Positions 20,773 to 30,932 of a stretch of DNA of 64,000 nt are shown here, one piece after another (position 1 is the stretch's first letter; each line of letters begins with the position of its first letter). The stretch lies in assembly GCA_027317865.1 (NCBI GenBank), contig DAHVQG010000003.1, positions 128,001 through 192,000 of the forward strand, in the 5' to 3' direction. This DNA comes from Bdellovibrionales bacterium. Its GTDB lineage: Bacteria > Bdellovibrionota > Bdellovibrionia > Bdellovibrionales > UBA1609. The notes under the pieces were generated by a model, which was not told the origin of the DNA, did no database searches, and worked only from the letters and a program-made list of their open reading frames with translations. Both the position numbers and the translations under genes were made by a program.

Positions 20773-21726
20773 TTATCGGTGGCCGAATGGTCGGCCCGGT
20801 CGTCTAAATACCGGTGGCCGAAAAACGGGTCGCGGTGGTGGACGAAATACCGGTGGTCTATAAACCGGACGCGGTGGTGGACGAAATACCGGTGGACGGC
20901 GAACTGGCGGCCGATAAACCGGCGGCCTGTAAACGGGCGGGTGAAATGGGCGATGCGGACGGTGCCAGCGATGATCCGGAGGTCGCACAATAAATATTGG
21001 TGGGGGTTCAGGTGGCTGAACATAAATCGGAGGCTGTGGTTCATATATAGGCGGAGGTTGCGGTCCATAATATACCGGAGGTGGGGGTGGTGGTTCGACA
21101 ACAACGGGTGGTTGCGCCGGTGGCATAATTACCGGCGGCGGTTGAACAACCGGCGGTGGTTGCAATCCAAAAGTGGGAGGAACCGGTACTGGGTTGTCGT
21201 TGAGGTTTTCTAACATCAGAGTGTCGACACTCGGGGCGCCGACCGCATTTACCGCCGCGGGATTATGACTGTAAACGGAAACGACGATTGTCGCTCCCAT
21301 ATTAAATGGGACATTGTAAACTACACCGGACTGAGTCACTCTGAAAAGCGTCGTTTTCGCGCAAATCACCGGTTGAGCGGCGTCGCAAACTCCCTGAGTA
21401 CCGTCACTTGCCTGCCAAACAAAATCAGTTGTCAAGTCATGAGCGAGTTGACCGTTGGCGGTATTCACTAGATCGGCTCTTAGATTTAAAATTTCACCTG
21501 GCCGTACGCCTATTGCGGCGGGGTGGTTGACGGCGTTTATACCGTTAATCAATACAACGCGGACAATTGTCCCTTGTACACCGGTTACAACTTGCTGATT
21601 ACCAATTGCGCTTACGGGGCCAGAGCCGGCTCCCGATTCCGCGGCCCAAGCGCTTGGAATTCGCGCAAGGCCGCCGAGTTGCAAACCTCCGAAGGCCAAC
21701 GCTACGGTGAGAAATCGCTTTATCAT
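20773..21726 (-). CDS. Secreted protein: Ig-like/beta-rich N-domain plus very Pro-rich and Pro/Arg-rich C-terminal tail
   Basis: Signal peptide (..PSAWA), GGAGGGG SD, downstream terminator. Confidence 0.8.
   Translation of the reverse strand: MIKRFLTVALAFGGLQLGGLARIPSAWAAESGAGSGPVSAIGNQQVVTGVQGTIVRVVLINGINAVNHPAAIGVRPGEILNLRADLVNTANGQLAHDLTTDFVWQASDGTQGVCDAAQPVICAKTTLFRVTQSGVVYNVPFNMGATIVVSVYSHNPAAVNAVGAPSVDTLMLENLNDNPVPVPPTFGLQPPPVVQPPPVIMPPAQPPVVVEPPPPPPVYYGPQPPPIYEPQPPIYVQPPEPPPIFIVRPPDHRWHRPHRPFHPPVYRPPVYRPPVRRPPVFRPPPRPVYRPPVFRPPPRPVFRPPVFRRPGRPFGHR
20831..20895. repeat. Coding tandem repeat: 26-bp perfect unit at 39-bp period (PPVFRPPPRPVxR)
   Basis: CGCGGTGGTGGACGAAATACCGGTGG at 20831-20856 and 20870-20895. 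Confidence 0.9.
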
Positions 21727-21865
21727 GAGTCCCCCTCCTATTATTCATGAAGTTTCGTATTCATGATGTTTGAGCTCAGAAACGCTCAGACAAAAGGAAC
21801 GGTGCCAAATATCGTGGAGCGACGGCAATCAGAATTTACGGGATGTATACGAGCTGCTGCAAACG

Positions 21866-24148
21866 TCACATTTCTGTGTACGCTTGCGCTTCAAGCGACG
21901 TCATTACGATCGTGTTAAAGACGTCGTTCTCGGTGCATGTCCGTTGTAATACGTTAGCCGGTTTGCGAATGCCGAGTAAAAACGGACCTAGTAATTCGCC
22001 GCCGCCCAGCTGCTGAACAAGCTTATAACCGATGTTGCTGGCATCGAGATTTGGAAACACCAGAATGTTCGCGCCGTTTTTGATTTCGCAAAACGGAAAA
22101 ATTCGCTCCACAAGGGCGGGGTTAACGGCGGCATCGGCCTGCATCTCGCCATCGACAATGAGGTCGGGGTGGCGTTCTTTTACAATTCGCGCGGCTTCGC
22201 GCATTTTTTTAGGCGATGCGAATTCGGCCGCGAAATTCGTAAAGCTGAGCATGGCAATTCGCGGTTCGATTTTAAAGTACTGCGCGATTCGCGACACATA
22301 AATTGCTATCGTTGCCAGTTGTTCAGCCGTTGGGTCGATATTAACGGTGGTATCGGTAAAAAATAGAATTCGATCTTTGATAAGTAAAATATTGACGCCG
22401 GCCGCGACTTGTCCGCGACCTGTGCCGATCACCTGCAATATGGGGCGCACGCAATTTGAATAATTGTTGGTTGCGCCGCTCACAAGCCCGTGCGCGTCGC
22501 CGAGTTTTACGGCCATAGCCGAAAAATAATAGGGATCAGCCATCAATCGCTCAGCTTCAACGAGCAAAACTCCGCGGCGTTTGCGTTGATCATAAAGCGC
22601 TTGCACATAACGTGGATAATCTTTGTGTAACGACGGTTGCACAATGGGAACGTCCATTAAATCGTCAAGCTCAAGCTCTTTAATTTTCTCGCGGATGATA
22701 TCGGGATAACCCAAAAGTACCGGTCGGATGATGCGTTCTTTTTGTACCGAGCTAATTGCCTTTAGAACCTTAGGCGAAAAGCCTTCAGGGAACATGATGA
22801 TCGGCACATCGGAATTTGTCGACTGCGCCTTGGTGCGAATGCGATTAATTGCGGAACGAACGAATCCGCGCGAGGCACTGCCTAGCGCTTCGAGAGAATC
22901 GCGATAGGCTTCGAAATCTTCTATGGGTTTTTGCGCGACCCCTGAATCCATAGCCGCTTTTGCTACGGCAGGCGCAACGTTTACCAGCACTCGCGAATCA
23001 AATGGTTTCGGAATAATGTACTCAGGGCCGAAATGAAAATGTTTGTTTGCATACGCCGACGCCACACTGTCCGGAACATCTTGGCGCGCGAGTGCCGCGA
23101 GCGCATGAACGGCCGCCAATTTCATTTCTTCATTGATGGTTGTCGCTTGTGTGTCAAGGGCGCCGCGAAAAATCGACGGAAATCCCAATACGTTATTTAC
23201 CTGATTTGGAAAATCGGACCGGCCGGTAGCCATGATCACGTCAGGGCGCGCTTTTTTGGCGTCGTCAGGCAAAATTTCGGGATCGGGGTTCGCCATTGCA
23301 AATACAATTGGCTTATTAGTCATGCCTTTGAGCATTTCGGGAGTTACGGCATTGGCAACACTGAGGCCTACGAAAACGTCCGCGTCTTCTAGCGCGTCTT
23401 TAAGTGTCCGCTTTTTGGTGTCGATCGCAAAGGGCTCCTTGAATTTGTTCATGCCCTGTGCGCGGCCTTGGTAAATCACGCCGTGAGAATCGCACATGAG
23501 GATATTTTTTTGCTGTACACCGAGGCGCATGAATATTTTTGCACATGATATCGCGGCAGCACCGGCGCCGTTAAAAACGACTTTAACTTTACTCAATTTA
23601 CGTTTGGTGAGTTCGCAAGCGTTGAGCAGTGCCGCTCCTGAAATAATCGCCGTCCCGTGTTGGTCGTCATGAAAAACGGGAATGTTCATCGATTTTTTTA
23701 ATTCTTCTTCAATATAAAAACAGTCGGGTGACGCAAGATCTTCGAGATTGATGCCGCCAAATGTTGGTTCGAGCGCGCGCACCGCCGCAATGAATTCATC
23801 GGGGGTTTTGGTTTTCACTTCTATGTCAAAAACGTCGATGCCGGCGAATTGTTTGAACAGGACGCCTTTGCCCTCCATGACTGGTTTGGCAGCAAGTGGG
23901 CCAATGTTGCCCAGTCCGAGCACCGCTGTCCCGTTGGACACAACGGCAACTAAGTTACCTTTTGTCGTGTATTTGTAAACATCAGCAGGATTGCGGGCAA
24001 TTTCGATGCACGGAGCCGCGACGCCGGGCGTGTACGCGAGTGACAGTGTGTATTCTGTGTCACACTTTTTGCTGGAGTGAACGTCGACTTTACCGGGTTT
24101 GCCTTGCGCGTGATAATCGAGCGCCGCTTTGGCGATATTTTTATTCAT
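21866..24148 (-). CDS. maeB: NADP-dependent malic enzyme with PTA domain
   Basis: LAYTPGVA, VMEGK, FHDDQHGTA, GAGAA; C-terminal phosphotransacetylase-like domain (DGEMQAD). Confidence 0.95.
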   Translation of the reverse strand: MNKNIAKAALDYHAQGKPGKVDVHSSKKCDTEYTLSLAYTPGVAAPCIEIARNPADVYKYTTKGNLVAVVSNGTAVLGLGNIGPLAAKPVMEGKGVLFKQFAGIDVFDIEVKTKTPDEFIAAVRALEPTFGGINLEDLASPDCFYIEEELKKSMNIPVFHDDQHGTAIISGAALLNACELTKRKLSKVKVVFNGAGAAAISCAKIFMRLGVQQKNILMCDSHGVIYQGRAQGMNKFKEPFAIDTKKRTLKDALEDADVFVGLSVANAVTPEMLKGMTNKPIVFAMANPDPEILPDDAKKARPDVIMATGRSDFPNQVNNVLGFPSIFRGALDTQATTINEEMKLAAVHALAALARQDVPDSVASAYANKHFHFGPEYIIPKPFDSRVLVNVAPAVAKAAMDSGVAQKPIEDFEAYRDSLEALGSASRGFVRSAINRIRTKAQSTNSDVPIIMFPEGFSPKVLKAISSVQKERIIRPVLLGYPDIIREKIKELELDDLMDVPIVQPSLHKDYPRYVQALYDQRKRRGVLLVEAERLMADPYYFSAMAVKLGDAHGLVSGATNNYSNCVRPILQVIGTGRGQVAAGVNILLIKDRILFFTDTTVNIDPTAEQLATIAIYVSRIAQYFKIEPRIAMLSFTNFAAEFASPKKMREAARIVKERHPDLIVDGEMQADAAVNPALVERIFPFCEIKNGANILVFPNLDASNIGYKLVQQLGGGELLGPFLLGIRKPANVLQRTCTENDVFNTIVMTSLEAQAYTEM

Positions 24149-24214
24149 AGGTGATGAAACTCCTTTAGGCTCGAAAGGCTCTATGATACGGTTGAGTTCT
24201 TAGAGGGGTCAACA

Positions 24215-25573
24215 ATGAGTAGCGCAACCGTGAGTCACGACAGAGACGTGGTCATTATAGATGGCGTTCGCACGCCGTTTGCAAAAGCAGGTTCGGATTT
24301 AAAAGACGTTCACGCAGCCGATTTAGGTACGCGGGCACTGAGCGAACTTCTTGCCCGCACCAATGTCGATGTTAAGCAAATTGACGAAGTCATAATCGGG
24401 AATACCGGAAGTCCCGCTGACGCGGTGAATATTTCGCGGGTGATCGCCTTACGTTCAGGTGTTCCGCTTAAAACGTCCGCGTACACTGTGCACCGAAACT
24501 GTGCGTCGGCGCTCGAATCAATTGCGAGCGGGTATGACAAAATTCGCAGTGGCACGCTCGACATGGTGGTATCGGGCGGGGCCGAAAGTATGTCGAAAAT
24601 GCCGATTTTTGTTCCGCAAAAGATCCAGATTATTTTGAATAAATTATTTATGGCGCGAAAACCCTCGCAAGCCTTGCCGTTAATTGGTCGGCTATTTCAA
24701 GCCGATCTCAAACAAATTCGCGCGTTGTTAACGGCCAATCAGAAGGATCCCTATTTTCCTGAAATAGCGGTGGTACAAGGGCTCACCGATCCTTTTGTGG
24801 GAATCAACATGGGGCAAACCGCCGAAATTCTAGCTAAAGAATTCGGTCTATCGCGCGAAATCCAAGATCAGTTTGCTTTACGTTCGCATCAGCGCGCGGT
24901 GGCCGCGACTAAAGAGGGACGGTTGAGAAACGAAATTACCCCGGTTTTTCTGCCGCCTGATTTTAAAAAAATAGTGTCAAACGATGTGGGGCCACGCGAG
25001 AATCAAACGCTTGAACAGTTGGCGAAGCTCAAGCCGTTTTTTGACCGTAAATACGGTTCGATTACGGTTGGCAATGCATGCCCCATCACCGACGGTGCGG
25101 CCATGATGCTCATTATGAGTCGTGAAAAAGCGCGTGCACTCGGCTTTAAGCCACGAGCGAAAATTCGCTCCTATGCGTTTGCTGGCCTTGAACCCGAACG
25201 GATGGGGCTTGGCCCGGCCTATGCGACACCAATCGCCTTGAAGCGTGCCGGTGTAACTTTAAAAGATATCGATCTCATTGAACTCAATGAAGCGTTTGCC
25301 GCTCAAGTGCTCGCATGCGAAAAAGCGATGGCAAGCAAACAATTTGCGCAAGAAAAATTGGGTTTAAGCGAGCCGGTTGGCGAAATTGATCCTGAAAGGC
25401 TCAATGTCAACGGCGGTGCCATCGCGATCGGGCACCCTGTCGGGGCAACGGGTACGCGGCTTGTTCTCACGCTTTTGAACGAAATGGAACGTCAGCACAA
25501 AAATTTGGGACTCGCCACTTTGTGCATCGGCGGCGGTCAAGGCGGGGCAATGGTGATTGAACGAGAGTCATAA
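24215..25573 (+). CDS. fadI: 3-ketoacyl-CoA thiolase (FadI/FadA-like)
   Basis: RNCAS catalytic Cys, NEAFAAQ, GHPVGATG, CIGGGQG. Confidence 0.85.
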   Translation: MSSATVSHDRDVVIIDGVRTPFAKAGSDLKDVHAADLGTRALSELLARTNVDVKQIDEVIIGNTGSPADAVNISRVIALRSGVPLKTSAYTVHRNCASALESIASGYDKIRSGTLDMVVSGGAESMSKMPIFVPQKIQIILNKLFMARKPSQALPLIGRLFQADLKQIRALLTANQKDPYFPEIAVVQGLTDPFVGINMGQTAEILAKEFGLSREIQDQFALRSHQRAVAATKEGRLRNEITPVFLPPDFKKIVSNDVGPRENQTLEQLAKLKPFFDRKYGSITVGNACPITDGAAMMLIMSREKARALGFKPRAKIRSYAFAGLEPERMGLGPAYATPIALKRAGVTLKDIDLIELNEAFAAQVLACEKAMASKQFAQEKLGLSEPVGEIDPERLNVNGGAIAIGHPVGATGTRLVLTLLNEMERQHKNLGLATLCIGGGQGGAMVIERES

Positions 25574-25590
25574 GGGCAGAGGGAACAAGC

Positions 25591-27762
25591 ATGAGCATCC
25601 AAGAAAGCATTCGATTTTCGAAAAAAGATGATATTGGTTTGATTGAGCTCGATCTCATCGGCGAAAAGGTCAACAAACTTTCGTCAGCGGTCATGTTTCG
25701 CTTTCGCGAAGTCCTCGAAGAAGTGAAAAGCTCGGGAGTAAAAGTTTGCGTGATCATTTCACGCAAGCCAAAGATTTTTATCGCCGGAGCCGACATTGAA
25801 GAAATAAAAAATCTCACCAATAAAGAAGATTTTCGCGGGGCCATCAGCCAAGCACATACAATTTTTAATTTCCTTGAAGATATGCCGGTCGTTACGATTG
25901 CGGCGATCAACGGCGCCTGTCTCGGCGGCGGATGCGAAATGGCTCTCGCGTGCGATTACCGAATTGCTTCCGACGATAAAAGCACGCGTATTGGCTTGCC
26001 TGAAATTCAACTTGGGATCATTCCGGGTTTTGGCGGATGCGTGCGTTTACCCCGTGTCGTGGGCCTGCAAGCGGCGCTCGATATAGTTTTGGCGGGCAAG
26101 TCTGTTGATTCGCGCAAAGCGCTGAAGATCGGTCTTATCGATGAATCGGTTCCAACTGCGATTCTTGAAGCGCGGGCAATGGCATTCGCACGTGATCTGA
26201 TAAAAGGCGGCGGCAAAAGCGGGGGTAAGGGGTTGCGCAAGCGCGCCAAAAGATTTTCTCCCAAAGGTGCCGTGGCCAAATTTTTAGAATCTCCAGTCGG
26301 ACGAATCGTCGTCTTTTCACAAGCCAAAAAAATGGTGCTTAAACAAACCAAAGGTTTTTACCCCGCTCCGCTTAAAGCGCTTGAAGTCATTCGACGCACT
26401 TACGGCTCGTCAAACCGCGAACGTGCGCTCGAGATCGAGATGCAAGGTTTTCTCGAAGTCGGCGTAACAGATGTCAGTAAAAATTTGATTAATCTCTTTT
26501 TCATGACCGAAATGGTTAAAAAGCAAACCGGCGTCAATGATCCTAATATCAAAGGGCATGAAGTTGAGCATTTGGCAGTTCTTGGCGCGGGAGTTATGGG
26601 CGGCGGGATTGGTTTTGTCGCGGCCGACAAAGGCATTATTGTGCGAATGCGCGACATTTCAAATGACGGTATTGCGCTGGGTTTAAGATCGGCGGATGCA
26701 TTATGGCAAAAGGCACTTAAGAAAAGGAAGATCGACAATTATGAGTATAAGCGTCGATCATCGCATCTAACTGGGGGCACGGACTACGCCGGTTTTCATC
26801 TTGCTGACGTGGTCGTCGAAGCTATTGTTGAAGACATGAATATCAAAAAGAAAGCCATTGCCGAAGTTGCGGCAATTTGCCGGCCAGATTGCATCATCGC
26901 CACAAACACCTCGTCGCTCAGCGTGACGGAAATGGCGAAAGCTCACCCGAATCCAAAAAACTTCTTGGGTATGCACTTTTTCAACCCCGTAAATATGATG
27001 CCGCTTGTAGAAGTGATTCGCGGGCCTGAAACAAGTGATAATGCTGTTGCCACCATTTTCGGTTTAGCGAAAAAAATGGGTAAAACGCCGGTCGTGGTTA
27101 AAGACGGCCCGGGATTTCTGGTCAATCGACTTCTACTGCCCTATATGGGCGAAGCCCTGTTTTTACTTGAAAACGGAATGTCCGTCGAAACGCTCGATCG
27201 CTATTACACGCACACCTTCGGGATGCCTATGGGCCCGTGCCGTTTAATGGATGAAGTCGGACTTGACGTTGGCATGAAAGTTCTCAAAATTTTTCGCGAG
27301 TCGCTCGGTGAGCGCATCGAAGTATCCGAGATATCTAAAAAACTTACCGCTACAGGCAGGCTTGGAAAGAAAAACGGTCGCGGCTTTTATTTGTACGACG
27401 ACAAAGGTAAACAGTTGGCCGCCGATCAAACAATCTACAAAGAATTGGGGTTGTCGTCTCCGACGGATTCGCTCGACGAAAAGGAATGTATAGAACGTCC
27501 CATGTTTGCGATGGTCAACGAAGCCGCGCAGGCGCTTCTCGGCGATCATATTGTGAACACTCCAGCCGAAGTGGATTTGGCCATGATCATGGGCACGGGT
27601 TTTCCGCCTTTTCGCGGTGGGCTTTTGAGATGGGCGGATACTCTTGGCACTGAGAAAATTGTGTCGGAACTTGAAATATATGCGGCGAAATACGGCCGCC
27701 GATTCAAGCCATTGCAACCGCTCGTGAACCTAGCGAATTCAAAACGCGGGTTTTATCAGTAA
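25591..27762 (+). CDS. fadJ: Multifunctional enoyl-CoA hydratase / 3-hydroxyacyl-CoA dehydrogenase
   Basis: FIAGADI, GGGCE, GLPE..LG, GAGVMG, TNTSS, GMHFFNP, GFPPFRGG. Confidence 0.9.
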   Translation: MSIQESIRFSKKDDIGLIELDLIGEKVNKLSSAVMFRFREVLEEVKSSGVKVCVIISRKPKIFIAGADIEEIKNLTNKEDFRGAISQAHTIFNFLEDMPVVTIAAINGACLGGGCEMALACDYRIASDDKSTRIGLPEIQLGIIPGFGGCVRLPRVVGLQAALDIVLAGKSVDSRKALKIGLIDESVPTAILEARAMAFARDLIKGGGKSGGKGLRKRAKRFSPKGAVAKFLESPVGRIVVFSQAKKMVLKQTKGFYPAPLKALEVIRRTYGSSNRERALEIEMQGFLEVGVTDVSKNLINLFFMTEMVKKQTGVNDPNIKGHEVEHLAVLGAGVMGGGIGFVAADKGIIVRMRDISNDGIALGLRSADALWQKALKKRKIDNYEYKRRSSHLTGGTDYAGFHLADVVVEAIVEDMNIKKKAIAEVAAICRPDCIIATNTSSLSVTEMAKAHPNPKNFLGMHFFNPVNMMPLVEVIRGPETSDNAVATIFGLAKKMGKTPVVVKDGPGFLVNRLLLPYMGEALFLLENGMSVETLDRYYTHTFGMPMGPCRLMDEVGLDVGMKVLKIFRESLGERIEVSEISKKLTATGRLGKKNGRGFYLYDDKGKQLAADQTIYKELGLSSPTDSLDEKECIERPMFAMVNEAAQALLGDHIVNTPAEVDLAMIMGTGFPPFRGGLLRWADTLGTEKIVSELEIYAAKYGRRFKPLQPLVNLANSKRGFYQ

Positions 27763-27822
27763 CCTGGCACGGTTTGCATATTGAAGTTCCTAGCGAAGAT
27801 CTATTTCGATAGGAGCCCGTTT

Positions 27823-28572
27823 ATGACCAGCCAACTGAATCGTCTGGTGACATTTTCTGCATTTATGGCCATTTGTTTTACGGTATCAATCGTGAACGCG
27901 GAACCGGCATGTAATCCATCGACTAATGTAGTGACGAACGCCGTCGATTCACAAATGCAAGTGCCGTCCGAAGATACCACTGTTGAAGAGCCGGGTAATT
28001 TTCATGTGATTGTTCCGGGGCGGGTGTATCGTGGAGCACGACCGACGTCAAAAGCTCAAGTGGAGTGGTTGCACAAAATCGGCGTGAAAACCATTATCGA
28101 TTTGCAAGGTCATGACCCGAAGGCATTTTGGGTTTCGGAACACGGTGAACTTCCGTTTGCGCGGCTTCGCGAGGCGAAATGGGCGCTTTTAAATCATATT
28201 CTGTGGTTCAACGAGCCAATGGATTCGGTCGCGCCGGTTTTGTGTCACGAGGCACGCGAGATCAAACAGATCCTCAATATCATACGTGACCCCAAATACC
28301 AGCCGGTCTATTTTCACTGTGAACATGGCAAGGATCGCACCGGTTTAATTGCCGCGCTATACGAAGTGTTTTATGAAAGACCAGCTTTGTCACCGCACGC
28401 AGCTTTTCAACAAATGCTAAAAGATGGACACTTTGATCACGGACCGTGGCGCAACATGGATCGCTATTTTCGACTTGCGACCACCCCGCCAATGAGCTTA
28501 GACAAGCGTGACAATTATATGTGTGGAAGTTCCGGCGACTTTATTCCATTACAATTACGACTAACTCGATAA
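27823..28572 (+). CDS. Secreted Cys-based (PTP/dual-specificity) phosphatase, paralog 1
   Basis: VYRGARP, KTIIDL, HCEHGKDRTG P-loop; AGGAG SD before ATG 27823; signal peptide. Confidence 0.88.
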   Translation: MTSQLNRLVTFSAFMAICFTVSIVNAEPACNPSTNVVTNAVDSQMQVPSEDTTVEEPGNFHVIVPGRVYRGARPTSKAQVEWLHKIGVKTIIDLQGHDPKAFWVSEHGELPFARLREAKWALLNHILWFNEPMDSVAPVLCHEAREIKQILNIIRDPKYQPVYFHCEHGKDRTGLIAALYEVFYERPALSPHAAFQQMLKDGHFDHGPWRNMDRYFRLATTPPMSLDKRDNYMCGSSGDFIPLQLRLTR

Positions 28573-28675
28573 TTTTTTCGCTAGACTCGTCGCAATTCGC
28601 ATTTGGCCAAATTCAACTTGGCTTACTTAAAGTGTTTGAGTAACTCTTGTTCAACATTGGGGCCGGGGGGCAACC

Positions 28676-29413
28676 ATGAAAAACAAGATGAAGTATAGGA
28701 TGTTATTGGCGCTAAAATTCTGCGCTTTTGCGGCAATTAGTTTGTGTTTCAATTTAGCAGTTCAGGCGCAGCCATCTGCCGTTGTGGCGCCAGGTAACTT
28801 TCACGTTGTTGTATCACACAGAATCTATCGTGGTGCGCGCCCAATGACTGAAGGTGAAGTGAAGTGGTTAAGCAATTTAGGAGTGAAAACGATCATCGAT
28901 TTGCAGGGCGGTGATCCAAAAGCATTTTGGGTTTTTGAAGACGGCGAATGGCCGGCACAACGAAATTTGGAACATTTATGGGCGCACGAAAACCACGTTC
29001 ACTGGCTTAATTATCCGCTCGATTCCGCACCAGCTCTCGGCGTGCAAAGCAAAGAAGCCGAAGAAATCAATAAGGTGCTCGATGTTATGCGAAATCCCGC
29101 GTACCAACCGGTTTTCGTTCACTGCGAACATGGTAAAGACCGCACCGGTTTAGTCGTGGCGCTCTATCAAGTTTTTTACGAAAAGCCACCAATGACTCCA
29201 ACCGCAGCATATCGGGAAATGTACGCCGATGGCCATAGCCCGCTATTGCGAGCGATGGATGGATATTTTAACCTCGCGACGACGCCGCCAATGAGCTTAC
29301 ATAAGTGTGATCATTCGTGGTGTTGGGATCAGCTTGATCTGTATCTGCAAGATGTAAACGTACAAGACATAAACGTTCAAGAAATTGACCTGCAAAGTCT
29401 GTCTAAACATTAG
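28676..29413 (+). CDS. Secreted Cys-based (PTP/dual-specificity) phosphatase, paralog 2
   Basis: Same motifs (HCEHGKDRTG); signal peptide ending AVQA. Confidence 0.88.
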   Translation: MKNKMKYRMLLALKFCAFAAISLCFNLAVQAQPSAVVAPGNFHVVVSHRIYRGARPMTEGEVKWLSNLGVKTIIDLQGGDPKAFWVFEDGEWPAQRNLEHLWAHENHVHWLNYPLDSAPALGVQSKEAEEINKVLDVMRNPAYQPVFVHCEHGKDRTGLVVALYQVFYEKPPMTPTAAYREMYADGHSPLLRAMDGYFNLATTPPMSLHKCDHSWCWDQLDLYLQDVNVQDINVQEIDLQSLSKH

Positions 29414-29551
29414 ACACCTGCAAACGGGCTCGACGAATGCGAAAATGACTGACGGGCGTAAAACGAAATTCGGCACTTAAACCTCAAATGGTGCCAACGA
29501 CACCTTCAACTAAAATATATTCGATTTAGCCGTATCAAAGCGAGATGCGAG

Positions 29552-29568
29552 TTGGTCCGAAGTTTGCG
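29552..29568 (+). promoter_or_regulatory. Putative sigma54 promoter
   Basis: TTGGTCCGAAGTTTGCG, GG-N10-GC, upstream of lipoprotein 29630. Confidence 0.5.
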
Positions 29569-29629
29569 TATTAGCTAGGTAAGGGCGCGTGTTGAAGTCA
29601 GAGCTTCTACATGTGCGAGGAGAAAATTT

Positions 29630-30319
29630 ATGAAAACAATCAATCGGTTCCATATAAACAGCCAATACGCAAAAAAGGCTTTAGGGCTTCTCGTTGCCGT
29701 GATGGCGATCATGGCTCTTGGCGCTTGTTCGAAAACAACGAGCCCTTCACTTAACAGTCGATTTGGTTACCGAACTCCTTACAATCCGAATAATTTTAAC
29801 GGTGGCAACTACATGAACCAATCTTCCGGGTTAGGTTGTATTTCTGCTCCAAGCGGTCAGTCGCTCTATAACATTTTGGCTCAAGAATTTATGCCCGGCC
29901 AAAACAGTCTTGGCAATGTGAACGACAGTTGCGGAATTTGGCTTGCTGGCTCAATCGCTTCGAGCAGCGCGAGCGGTGAAATTGAAATGGTTGTACAAGA
30001 TCAGGAATGCGTCAGCTCCGGCGAAAATAGCTGTTACGTTCTGCCGTTTAACGTTGTTCAAAGTGGTACGGTTGAGAATCAATCGGTGACGACCCAAATC
30101 GGCAATCCGCAACAACAAGGCAGCGGCGCAAATGTCGTGGTTCAAGACGGCGACGGCGTGGTGTATTTTCAGGGAACTTATCAATATGGGCAATTAAACA
30201 ACGGTCAACAAGCTCCGTTCTGGGAAGGCCAAGTTTACTTTCAAAATAATCAAAGTGTAGGCGGAGCTGCAGGCAATCTTGGGACCTTTCAAATTCCGAT
30301 TGAATATATTCTTCATTGA
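29630..30319 (+). CDS. Gln/Asn/Gly-rich lipoprotein of unknown function
   Basis: Lipobox LGAC; GAGGAG SD. Confidence 0.8.
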   Translation: MKTINRFHINSQYAKKALGLLVAVMAIMALGACSKTTSPSLNSRFGYRTPYNPNNFNGGNYMNQSSGLGCISAPSGQSLYNILAQEFMPGQNSLGNVNDSCGIWLAGSIASSSASGEIEMVVQDQECVSSGENSCYVLPFNVVQSGTVENQSVTTQIGNPQQQGSGANVVVQDGDGVVYFQGTYQYGQLNNGQQAPFWEGQVYFQNNQSVGGAAGNLGTFQIPIEYILH

Positions 30320-30369
30320 GGACGCGAAATCCGCGTGGCGGAGTTTCACTCGACGACAAAAGGTGAGTT

Positions 30370-30816
30370 ATGAAAGCAAGTGGAATTAAAGAAAAGACAA
30401 GAATAACGACAATAGCAATTGCACTTGTGCTCGGGTTATCAATTCAGGTTTCGCAAAAAGCATGGGCAATGGGCGATATGAGTGAGCTTGATCGCGTTGA
30501 AAGTTGCGCACAATTGCGAGATGTCGCAAATCAACTCGTCGCCGTCGTGCCGAAAAATTTGGCCAGTTATCACCGGCTCGAAAGATTGAACCCGCGTCAG
30601 TACCCTCCCGGAGTGATTCGTATGGCAAAACTTCAGGCGCTTGAGTGGATACGCAATCATCGAAATTTGGCGCAGAACCAAGAAGAAGATCTCATTCACA
30701 ATTGCGATATCGAAACAAGTGCGCGCGCAATTCGCGGGCTTGAACGAACATTTGACGAACTCAATGTACAGTTAGCGATGGCCCAAATTCATAGCGCTCC
30801 GGCTTTTTGGCATTGA
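30370..30816 (+). CDS. Secreted hypothetical protein
   Basis: Signal peptide ending KAWA; AGGTG SD. Confidence 0.7.
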   Translation: MKASGIKEKTRITTIAIALVLGLSIQVSQKAWAMGDMSELDRVESCAQLRDVANQLVAVVPKNLASYHRLERLNPRQYPPGVIRMAKLQALEWIRNHRNLAQNQEEDLIHNCDIETSARAIRGLERTFDELNVQLAMAQIHSAPAFWH

Positions 30817-30893
30817 TAAAATAAAGGTCGTAAAATGAAATGCGCTATTTTTGTCACTTAAATGGTAGCGATTTCACTGTTCTTGCCGAGCCG

Positions 30894-30922
30894 TATACAT
30901 CGATTTTTATAGCTGCTATAAT
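30894..30922 (+). promoter_or_regulatory. Putative sigma70 promoter with extended -10
   Basis: TATACA-N17-TATAAT with TG at 30914-30915; ATG 30933 lies 10 nt after the -10. Confidence 0.55.
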
Positions 30923-30932
30923 GCCCTTCACC

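Noticed and set aside
20800-20900. Direct repeats considered as a mini-CRISPR
   Set aside because: In-frame 39-bp coding period, only two perfect units, 13-nt spacer, no cas genes.
20779-21213. 144-aa Trp/Arg-rich plus-strand ORF with RWW repeats (and the 20709-21104 minus ORF)
   Set aside because: These are antisense or alternate-frame shadows of the proline codons. The Pro-rich gene has the SD, signal peptide and terminator.
27764-27780. TGGCAC...TTGCA as a sigma54 promoter for the phosphatases
   Set aside because: GG-to-GC spacing is 8 nt, not the required 10.
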